A stretch of 61,455 nt of DNA, counting the filler, from Nemertoderma westbladi (Eukaryota; Animalia; Xenacoelomorpha): NCBI GenBank assembly GCA_032718475.1. It is 3 parts of 3 records of this genome, joined end to end, with 100 filler letters (N's around TTAATTAATTAA, not from the genome) between each part and the next. Parts side by side here need not be neighbours in the genome. Positions count along the whole stretch, not along the records: positions 20,883 to 43,913 come from JAUCBJ010007489.1; positions 44,014 to 61,455 come from JAUCBJ010006038.1; 1 more part is not named here. The stretch is one strand, 5' to 3'. The position numbers and the translations under genes are program-made. Shown here in pieces: positions 36,290-46,228 of the stretch (the first letter of the stretch is position 1; every line of letters begins with the position of its first letter). The notes beneath the pieces were generated by a model that was not told the origin of the DNA, ran no database searches, and saw only the letters and a program-made list of their open reading frames with translations.

Positions 36290-39200
36290 AAATAACTCTG
36301 ACCTACAAACTGCTTGATTCACCCTGTTATTATTTTATCCTCGTTTACCAATGGATGCCGATAATTTTGTTTCTCTTCAAGACGACATTCTCAAGCTCGT
36401 GCAGTCTTGTAAAAAAAAGAAAAGCATATCTGCAGAGGATGAAAAGTCCGTATCTGAAAAACTCGCCACAATGTCTTCCATGTACACCATAACCCTTGGG
36501 AAGCTCGCTGAGGCCCAGGGCGATGCGATATCCTCTAAAAACGAGCTGCTCTGGCTGAACTCGTCAGGCCGCACCCAACCTTCAAATGGTGCGTGGTCTC
36601 TGCCCCTCCCTACCGCTACCTGACAAGTCTCCGCCACTCAAGTTCACTCAATTCCAGCCACCCCAATTCACACCTCCAAACACACACAAACGGTTCAACC
36701 AATACCCCTGCAGGGTTCTCGATACCATCGTGCACAATCACAATCGGTTCGAGGTAATAAGGTAGATGGAACCCTCCGTGTAATAAAACCCCCGACACCC
36801 CCCGTAAGGAAAGCCCACATACACATAGGCAGATTGCATCGATCCCTCAGTCTCCACTGAAGAAATTTCTGATTACCTAATTCAGGAAGAACTCGCATTT
36901 GAGGAAGTTATACCCATTCCTCCGAGACTGGACTCATCTTTTGTAAGTTTCCACATCATGTGTGATCAAAGGTCTCTCACTGGGACGATGGCATCAGCAT
37001 CCGCAATTACAGGCTAAATGATGAAGAGCGTATCCGCTATGGCGCAAGACCGCGCCACACCGTCGAACCATCTCACCGTCACACCATCCCTCCAAGCGAT
37101 ATTATTGGTGATGCTCCCACTGTCTCGGGGGACAGTAGTAGTTGACGACAACCAACCACACCACTCCCAACAGTAAATCGTTCCCAGTCGGTTACCATCT
37201 CACTTTGGAATGTAGTGGGTCTGCAATATCTATTGGACCATCTCCCCAAAGCTGAGTTCCCCTGTAACGATGACATCCTTCTGCTAACTGAAACGTTTTA
37301 CACAAAATCTACCCTACTACGGAAGCCCATAACGGCCATGTCGCGCGCAAACTTCCATGTCAAGCGCGCAAACTTTATGCCATTTCCGTGTAGAAATATT
37401 TGCGCGCTCGACATGGAAGTTTGCGCGCGCGAGATGAAAGTTTGCCCGCGCGACATGAAAGTTTGCGCGCGCGACATGAGAGTTTGCGCGCGCGACATGG
37501 AAGTTTGCGCGCGCAAACTTCCATAGTTCCATGTCGCGCGCAAACTTCCATGTCGCGCGCGCAAACTTCCATGTCGCGCGCGCAAACTTCCATGTCGCGC
37601 GTGCAAACTTCCATGTTGCGCACGCAAATGTTTCTACACGGAAATGGCATACAGTTTGCGCGCTTGACATGGAAGTTTGCGCGCGACATGGCCGTTATGG
37701 GCTTCCGTAACCCTACATACAATAAACAACTTCTACTCATTTATCCAACCAGCAGACAACCAACTCAGAGGGCGCCCCTCCGAGGGACTAGTTATCTTAT
37801 GCAAAACCCATGCTAAATATATCAGATAAAATCAGATAAAAACAGAAAATGAATTTATGATTGTCTATTTACATTCAGCGAATATCCTCGTTTTCTACCT
37901 CAACCCAATGAATGCGATGGAGGATGTTATCCTAACGATCGCCAGCGCACTCACACACACTGACCCCAATAAAACTATTATAATCGGGGGTGACTTCAAT
38001 TGTCGCATCGACTCTGGGGACCGAGGAGGTTCGAAACTTAGCGACTACCTGAGCAACCTGGCTGGGTTTCCTACTCTTAAATGACCCAACCATTCCAACA
38101 CATATCTCTCCGCAAGGCGAAAGCTGCATCGATCTGATCTTTGTTAGATCACCTAATCCTAATTGGACAAGCACTATTACGATCATGAATAACCCCACAC
38201 AAAAACACCTGCGAGTGTCTGCTACAATTGAAATCCCCGAGCCTTTCATCCACATTGACACCCGCCCCCCACTACCAGGTCGAAAAGTCAACCTAGTTAA
38301 ACTTCAGTCCCACCCGAACATCATCTCAGGCCGAATTACAAACGCACTATCACAACACGATATTAACTCCGCCTCCACCCTGCTTTCGGAAACCCTAATC
38401 GACTGCTCCAACCACAAGAAATATAATAATTACCCCAGCAAGCCGTGGTTCGACTCAGAGTGTCGTCAGACCAAACAATCCCTGTTATCAGCAATGCGGA
38501 ACCACAAAGAATCAACCACCAGCAACCAACAATATTGGGTCCTCAGAAAATGCTACAAGGAACTACTAAAAACAAAACGTGAGAAATTCGAAGAGCAGTC
38601 TCTCCTAGAGAAATTCAGTAAAGCGGAAACAAAACCGTGGCTCCTATTTCGAGAGGAGAAATCCTCAATCACCCTAATCGATGCTTCATGTCTCGAACTT
38701 CACTTTACCAACTTAGTTGGGACCCCAAACATTCCCCCCAACTGCCAAATAATCCCAGTCTCCTCCAATGCCGAGAGAAACTCAACCGAGTGGCATAATG
38801 ATCCCATTACTCCTGACAAAGTTATACAATCTGTAACTGGCTCCAAAAATAACAAAACCTGTGGCCTAGATCGTCTACTCTACGAACATTTAAAATGCGC
38901 GGCCCATTTCGTTATACCGTTTATGGTTCTCACATTCAATGCCTGTCTTAACCTAGGTAAGATACCATCACTCTGGAAGCAAAGTATAATCTCAATATTA
39001 TATAAGCACAAAGGCGAGGTCAACGACCCCGACAATTATAGAGGAATAGCCTTTATATCCGTTCTACTTAAGATCCTCACTGCCATGATAAACAAACAAT
39101 AATTCATCTTATACCCAATTTTAAATTTGGCTTTCTACCTGGGAGATCAACCCGCCAGGCCGTGGATCAGCTCCTATCCGATATCTGGGCGGCATTTCAA

Positions 39201-40035
39201 ACCCTGGTAAACGGAAAGCGTGTCCTGTGCGCCGCGTTCGTCGACATCCGTAAGGCTTTCGACGTCGTCAGTAGGGTCCTCCTTTACAAGATATACCAAC
39301 TCGGAATCCGTGGGAAGTACTATGACGGCCTCCATTTAACCAACGCTATTAAGCAGCTCCGCGGAATCCTCCAAGGAGTCTGTCTCTCACCAACCTGCTT
39401 CCTTATATTCATTAACGACCTTGCCCACACAATTATAAATGTCTGTAATCTAATAAAGCTCATTTTCTATGCGGATGACCTGGTCTTATAGGCTACTCAA
39501 CTGATCGAGCCGACCTCCAACATGCCCTAGATATTCTACACGACTGGTGTATCCTAAATGGTATGACTGTAAACATCAAGAAAACAAAAATAATGAAATT
39601 TCGTAAAGCTGGCCGCCTCGCTAAAAATGATAATTTTACATACAATGGAACCCCCCTCATTATAACAAATCGTTACGAATATTTAGGTTTAACTCTACAT
39701 CCTTCCCTATGTTTCTCCGAACATATCCAACAAAAGAAATCTTCCGCTTTCTCAATAATTGGATCCCTAAGTAAGTTACCTCTACTTTCAATCGAAACCG
39801 GACTAAAACTTTTCAATATGAAGATAGCCCCAGCATCACTTTACCTCATAACAAGTATTGGTCAATATCTCACACTAAATAACCTCAAGGAACTCGACAA
39901 AATTAAAACGCAACATATAAAAAGAATGATCTGTCTCCATAAATCTGCCTCCTCAACATTAGCCCTGAATTTAGTAAATGAAAAACCCCTAATGGCAACC
40001 GTTATATCAACCCACCCCGACAACTTCAAAAGTGA
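36290..40035 (+). mobile_element. Degenerate LINE related to 12778-16651; ORF1 from 36351, ORF2 from 37146; 3' end missing
   Basis: MDADNFVSLQDDIL versus MADNFDNVKDDIL; SIRNYRL versus TIRNYQL; GDFNCRID, NYRGI, FYADD, KFRKAGR; many stops and frameshifts. Confidence 0.9.
37318..37709. mobile_element. Palindromic MITE with TACGG termini and 7-bp TSD
   Basis: TACGGAAGCCCATAACGGCCATG...CATGGCCGTTATGGGCTTCCGTA; TSD ACCCTAC at 37311-37317 and 37710-37716; internal 21-bp GCGCGCGACATGGAAGTTTGC repeats. Confidence 0.92.
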
Positions 40036-40235
40036 CATCTGTGGGTTAGCCGTCGGGTCTACAGGTTTCATGTAACCCATGGGTTACCCGTTGGGTCTAT
40101 GGGTTATATATAAACTGTTGGGTCAGGTACCAACGGTAATCCGTTGGGTCAATGGTTTGGTTGTAACCCATAGGTTACCCATTGGGTCTACTGGTTGTAT
40201 GTAACCCATGGGTTACCTGTTGGGTCTACAGGTTC
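40036..40235. repeat. Degenerate tandem repeat of GTAACCCATGGGTTACCCGTTGGGTCTAC
   Basis: About 5-6 variant units, each containing the palindrome GTAACCCATGGGTTAC or part of it. Confidence 0.7.
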
Positions 40236-41157
40236 CATCTATCCTTTATGGGATTCCAACCGCGGTTCCTGGAACCGACGTTCCCAACGGAGGCCACATG
40301 ACCTACGGCAGTGCCGTTCATTTGTTTATTGTAACTCAGAGGATATTATTAAAACATGTTGGTCTAACTACTGTTACTGTATTTCTGTTTCTATTATTGT
40401 TGCTTACTATTTGTTGAATATTATATTGGTTTGTTACAGAAACACAATAAGTAACCTAATGCTACATGCTATGGTACAGTTATAGGTTCGTCACGACTTG
40501 CATTTAAGTTTCATCTCTAATGTTTTCCCCTGCAGTTCCCATTCATTTGGATGAGTTCCACCAGTCCACCATACATTACTGAAGTCAAACTTCTTGTTAT
40601 CCAGGACCGTTAGATCGTATGTTCCATTATCCAATACACCGGTAGCAGCGGTCCCAGTAGTACCTGAATTGGCATAATTTGCTATCTTTAGGCTATAATA
40701 AGGACTACCCCCTATACTGCTATAGTAAAGTTACTATAGAGTCTCGTCGAGTTACCCAAGTCGACCTTTACGTAACAATCCTTCCCGTAAGTCAGCCGAA
40801 GGATATTAGTCAAACCACCTAGGAAGTAAGATCCGTTTGGATCTCCGAATCCGCCATACCTACAGTATTAGAAGTAACGTCTTCCCAGATGCCAATGACG
40901 TTATCGATGCGACTATAGAATATAATCCAGCCACCGTTGCATCTCAGTTGATTGCCGTCGGTAGATGGACTAAATGGGATCAGCTGTATCGACGGTATAT
41001 TGGGTCCCGGATTGTGTAGCCTTTTCGCATACATCGGAATGAGCGTAGGGATCACATTGTAGCTCAATGCATTCAATAAACGAGTGATAAAACTTGTCCT
41101 CTATGGAGATTGTTGTTGAAGTGACTGCTGTAGAGACAGTAGTAATGTCGGTGTCAG

Positions 41158-41352
41158 TGGTGGATAACTCAGTACTAGCTGTACTCTCGGTGGTGGATAA
41201 CTCAGTACTAGCTGTACTCTCGGTGGTGGATAACTCAGTACTAGCTGTACTCTCGGTGGAGGATAACTCAGTACTAGCTGTACTCTCGGTGGAGGATAAC
41301 TCAGTACTAGCTGTAGGCCTACTCTCGGTGGTGGCTAACTCAGAACTAGCTG
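41158..41352. repeat. 33-bp coding minisatellite (11-aa Ser/Thr repeat)
   Basis: gtggtggataactcagtactagctgtactctcg, about 5.5 copies. Confidence 0.92.
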
Positions 41353-41394
41353 TAATCCCAGTGTTTCCTTCCCAACCAGTAGTTCCATTGCCGG

Positions 41395-42315
41395 TGTAAC
41401 AGGAAAATATGCCCCCCCGGGAAATGTGCCCGGGGGGGCATATTTTCCTAGGAAAAAATGCCCCCCCGGGCAAATTTCCCTAGGAAAAAATGCCCCCCCT
41501 TAGGAAATTATGCCCCCCCCCCCTGAATTATACAATAAACAAAACTTATTAGTACTAAAACTTACAAAAATTATACAAAACAATAAACAGTCACTTTACC
41601 AAATGAAGGAAAGGAGCAGGTTACAGAGGCATGCCTTTCTAACCAAAACAATAAACGATCATTTAACTAATTGAGGGAAAGGAACAGGTTACAGACTGAC
41701 AGAGGCGGGATTTTCTAACCAAAACAATAAACAGTCACTTTAGCAAATCAGGGAAAGGAGCAGGTTACAGAGACGGGATTTTCTAACCAAAACAATAAAC
41801 AATAACATTACCAATTGAGAGAAAGGAGCAGGTTACAGAGGCGGGATTTTCTAACCAAAATAATAAACAATCACTTTACCAAATCAGGGAAAGGAGCAGG
41901 TTACAGACATAAAAAAGCTTGGAGCTGCTCGGCGCCCACACAACACCACACACTCGCACTGCTGTTATACCAGTACTTACTACAGTAGCCTACTGACTTA
42001 GATACTTCAGTATGTTGTTCTACATCCCTTACTGCCTTACCTGCTTACCTACCGGCAGACCGGTACCGTACTATTCTTCCAACTATTACAAGTTCTGCAG
42101 TTGGTAGATTAAAAGTGGCTACCAGCAGACCGGTATCATACCAGTTTTCAGACTTTTGAGGGGGGCTAATTTTCCTGAGGGGAGGCATTATTTCCTAAGG
42201 AGAAAATGCCCCCCCGGGCTAAATTTCCTAGGAAAAATTGCCCGGGGGGACATAATATCCTAGGAAATAATGCCCCGGGGGGCATATTCTAGGGGGGGCT
42301 GATTTCCTTGTGACA
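41395..42315. mobile_element. Non-autonomous Ginger1-like DNA transposon
   Basis: TGT...ACA termini, about 120-bp imperfect TIRs of AGGAAAAATGCCCCCCC units, and CCGG on both flanks (41391-41394, 42316-42319). Removing it restores the host reading frame. Confidence 0.8.
41580..41910 (+). repeat. About 64-bp tandem repeat (GGAAAGGAGCAGGTTACAG...CTAACCAAAACAATAAAC), 5 copies
   Basis: Directly visible inside the Ginger-like element. Confidence 0.88.
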
Positions 42316-42831
42316 CCGGTAGTATTTGGGACTGTCGATGTTTGTATCCCCAATCTATTCTCCTTGATAGGATTTCCCAGAAGCCACCCTGTTAAACCAG
42401 CTGCAATCGCCACTAACACAAATACAACCAGTCCAATATTTATACGCTGTTTTTTCCGGAATTCTGATCAGCGTTGGTGCCCAATTTTTACTTTTTTTTA
42501 TCATTTTATTTTGTTTTTTATCGAAGTTTTTGGATAGTAATTTTATTTTATTTTGGTAACATTTAATCATTTACTCATATACTGTATTTAGCGGATCTAC
42601 ACTACAGTATATATATATTAAATCTAAAATGTACAGAAACTGGCATAATTATAAGTGGGCTAAAAATTTGGCTTTTCTCTTTGTCACTCGCAAGCCATCA
42701 AAATATTACTGACACCGCACCATACCGCGCAGTCATAGATACTGTACAGACGGAATGATGGACAGACCATCACACCAGCAAGATGCGGAAGAGTAGTCAT
42801 TCCCATTATTTCCAGCTGGGGTGTTCCGGGT

Positions 42832-43236
42832 TCGATCCAGTGCCTAACTTGTTACAAGTTTGTAATTGGTCGATCCCGTGCCTAACTTGTTACAAGTTTG
42901 TAATTGGCCGATCCCGTGCCTAACTTATTACTAGTTTGTAATTGGCCGATCCCGTGCCTAAACGTATTACAAGTTGTAATTGGTGGATCCCGTGCCTGAC
43001 TTGTTGGGCGAGTCAAAACTGCGAGCCATCAGCGAACTGTCATAATTGTACTATGGCCGTTTTCTAAAAGTGTGTCAGTGTGTGTGTGTGTCGGAAGCCA
43101 ATATATAACTAGCCATAGTATAATTATAATTGTTCGCTAAGATGTCTTGCAGCTTCTGCGGCACGAATGCCCCACTCGTGTTACAAGTTTGTAATTGGTC
43201 GATCCCGTGCCTAACTTGTTACAAGTTTGTAATTGG
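42832..43236. repeat. About 37-bp tandem repeat, interrupted by a roughly 175-bp insert
   Basis: cgatcccgtgcctaacttgttacaagtttgtaattgg units at 42832-43004 and 43179-43236. Confidence 0.85.
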
Positions 43237-43913
43237 TGCACCAACCAAATCATTATTGGAAATACTGTATTCGATTCAAAAATATAATTAAATACTAATT
43301 TTCGTTACCATTGAATTAATTTTCTGCCGTTAAATTATATTACTTAATTTACCACCAGGGATACTTTCAGTACGAAGTGGGACCTTCGCGCAGCACGTGA
43401 GATAAATTTACTAATACTTTATACTAAGTATAAACTCGAAAGGGTTAGGACTATAAATAACATGTAAACATATTATCTCTCCCTGAACAATTTTACCCTC
43501 TAGCATAAACTGGATAATTGCAGAAGGGTTAAACCCTCGTAAAATTGAGACAAATAGAAAAAAAATGTGCCAGATATCAAGATATCAGACGAAATGGCAG
43601 AAGTTTTCACTTACAGACGTTTCGCCCTCTAGTGGGAGACTACAGACTATTAAGCGTACCATTAACGACGCAGCCTATGTTCTTGTACATCTACCAAGTT
43701 TTAGCTTGAACTGATCATAAATGATCATACAGTATGAATATTAATATAATACAGTTTATGTTGAAATCAGAACAATTCAGTGTTTGTAGTGACGATTTTC
43801 CACCACGACATCGAATATTTATAAGAAAAAAGAACAAATAGTAGAAAGCAAATCTAAAATAAATGGTGGGAGGCACTCTAAAGTGAACAAATGGGCTAGA
43901 GTTCCGTATAGCA

Positions 43914-44013
43914 NNNNNNNNNNNNNNNNNNNNNNNNNNNNNNNNNNNNNNNNNNNNTTAATTAATTAANNNNNNNNNNNNNNNNNNNNNNNNNNNNNNN
44001 NNNNNNNNNNNNN
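43914..44013. other. Assembly gap with artificial TTAATTAATTAA linker
   Basis: Same 100-bp structure as 20783-20882. Confidence 0.97.
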
Positions 44014-44116
44014 AGTGCGGGAGGGTCCCAGTCCACATTGCCCTTGTAGTCAACGATTGCTTTTACGGTAGATGTTACGTGAAAGTCGCCCTCGGCATTG
44101 TTATACAGAATTATAT
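44014..44116 (-). CDS. Nicotinic acetylcholine receptor subunit, coding exon 3, cut by the gap
   Basis: gag|(D)IILYNNAEGDFHVTSTVKAIVDYKGNVDWDPPA; the phase matches exon 2 and completes WLPDIILYNN. Confidence 0.9.
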
Positions 44117-44209
44117 CTCAAATAAAATAAAAATAAACAAATTTAGTAATAAATTGTATTGATGGTTTGTTAGGACAAGTGCTACCGGTACCTACCATGA
44201 GGCTTTTTC

Positions 44210-44782
44210 TGCCCTCCTAAGGCAAAACCATGTAACTCAAAAGATAGAGTTTTGAGAAAAATCAACCTAAAAGTTGACGGATCTGCACGAAAACATGTGA
44301 ATGTCTCTGTGAAGATTTTCAACATTAAAGTTTAGTCAAATAGTTTATTTAATAAATACATAGAAACTCTTAGAGCTCCAAACTTAAGATAGTTATTTAG
44401 AAAATGGTTTTGATTTTCGAGTTACATGGATTTACCTTATAAATTCTAACCAGTTCACTTATATTACATCATGTAAATTATATAAATTTCAACAGCTGTT
44501 CCCAAGCCAAAACAATGTAACTCGCATGAGATACATGGTTTAAGCTTATAGTTACATGGTGTGTCATATAACATTAGGGTTACTGCACATGGTTCTGCCT
44601 TGGCATGCCTTAACAAATTCATATATTGTAGTTAGTTACATTCTACCCCCTTTTTAACCCCTTTAGAGTTTAGATGCACTCTATTAAGTTTTACCACCAG
44701 ATAGAGCTCGCAGTAAGTAAAATTACACCATCTATTTTCGTCAAAATTCGAGTTACATGGGTTTGTTTGCCTTAGGACGGCA
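44210..44782. mobile_element. Intronic MITE-like element
   Basis: Imperfect TIRs tgccctcctaaggcaaaaccatgtaactc / gagttacatgggtttgtttgccttaggacggca; internal CATGTAACTC copies; no clear TSD. Confidence 0.65.
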
Positions 44783-44922
44783 CCTTCCATACACTAGGCC
44801 TAACAACGGTCCATTCATTAAAACTATGAATAATTAATTTTAATCTTTATTTATTTTTTCCATCCCCAGCTAACCCGCTAACCCACTAACTAACTAATAA
44901 TGTATTATTATTATTAGCGTAC

Positions 44923-45043
44923 CTGGTAGCCATATCTTTTCTGATGGAACGTACATTTGCGTAATGTTATCATACTCGAGAGGATCCCAACGTAGGTTCG
45001 CATCAACCCATTTATGTATCAGCCAAAGGGAGATTTCCATTAC
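44923..45043 (-). CDS. Nicotinic acetylcholine receptor subunit, coding exon 2
   Basis: aag|VMEISLWLIHKWVDANLRWDPLEYDNITQMYVPSEKIWLP|gtacg; 121 nt, leaving phase 1. Confidence 0.9.
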
Positions 45044-46015
45044 CTTAGGAAAGCAACAAATATACTGTAGTACAGTAGGTATAAACAGGAAAAAAAAGTG
45101 CATTAAAGGGCAAACACAGTAGGAAATTATTGAACCATGGACTATTGCAGTCATAATGTCTGCATGAGATATTCTTATTTTCTATAACGGCAAAACGAAT
45201 TATAAATAATTGTTCTCCTATTAATGTCAAATACTCAAATGAAATAAATGGCAGGAGAAACTACGGTAGCTTTAACACTGAACTATACTTGCCAATATTT
45301 ATTATAGATAGTATACTAATATAGAAGTTAATGGCTTGAGAATAATTGGAGAAAATAAGAACCGAGTAACCATAAAATATATTCATTAAACGTCTTTAGC
45401 ATCAGTATGTAATGTAATTGATAGCGGGGCGTCGCGCAGCACGCGAACTTAAGCAAGTTCGAAACAAGTTCGATTTGATCTGGAGTCAAAAGTTCGAGAG
45501 GTATTTGCCCGTAACTTTCAAAAATATTGGAACTTTTTCTCTAGTATGCCAATAAAAAATTTCTTTAAAAATGGTTAAAATCTTCAAAAGTTATTTACGA
45601 ATGTATTTTTTTTTAAATACAGACGGACAGACAGACTGACATGAAATTTTGCCCTATTTACTAATTATAATTGTGCGCAAGTCTCGCCCCGACTGCGTGG
45701 CTCGCCACACAGTGTTTGCCTACAAGTAGTTAGTTACAAGCAATGCAAACAATCAGACGTCAGCAACAAGTGGAGCTAAGTATAATCATGGGTATCCATA
45801 GATATTTAATGAAAATTTAACAAACAGGTCCTGGTTTATTAGGCAATAATTGAGAACATTTTAGTAGCTCAACCTTGAAAAGAAACAAGTGAAAGCGGTT
45901 TATGATGTGATAATGGATAATAATGCGGAACGGGAAATTTAATTTTAATAGTTTCATTTTATGCACAGTAACGGTTATACTCTAGAATACGCTTGGTACA
46001 CAAAGACAAACTCAC

Positions 46016-46228
46016 CTGAGTGCGCTCTTTCACATCAAATATCTGATAAACTGAAAGACCAAACGTCACGCACAATGGTTTATTGTAATCCTTTACAGGC
46101 CTTACCAGAGGTGAATAGTGTCTGAATAAATCAATGTAGAGCTTTTCTTCTGTTTTGCTCGCAGATACGTGGATTATTGAGTGGTTTACATGCAAACCTA
46201 ACATCAACAGTGCAAAGAAAATCGACAT
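46016..46228 (-). CDS. Nicotinic acetylcholine receptor subunit, coding exon 1
   Basis: Signal peptide, then EEKLYIDLFRHYSPLVRPV...QIFDVKERTQ; donor CAG|gtgag, phase 0. Confidence 0.9.

Larger units (their letters stand above)
40491..42470 (-). pseudogene. Fibrinogen-related-domain (FReD) gene: N-terminal hydrophobic helix, Ser/Thr stalk, FReD; disrupted
   Basis: Read by hand: INIGLVVFVLVAIAAGLTGWLL; (STESTASTELS)n; GGWIIFYSR; GFGDPNGSYFLGGLTNILRLT; VKVDL...YSNFTI; YSLKIANY...GTAA; EMKLK-stop. Several frameshifts plus a MITE insertion. Confidence 0.7.

Noticed and set aside
37298-37816. Repetitive ORFs (RARHGSL, ARATWKF, ARDMEVC)
   Set aside because: Incidental translations of the MITE's 21-bp repeats.
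41395-42315. Ginger-like insert acting as a self-removing intron
   Set aside because: A GT is present at the 5' junction, but there is no AG at the 3' junction on the gene strand.
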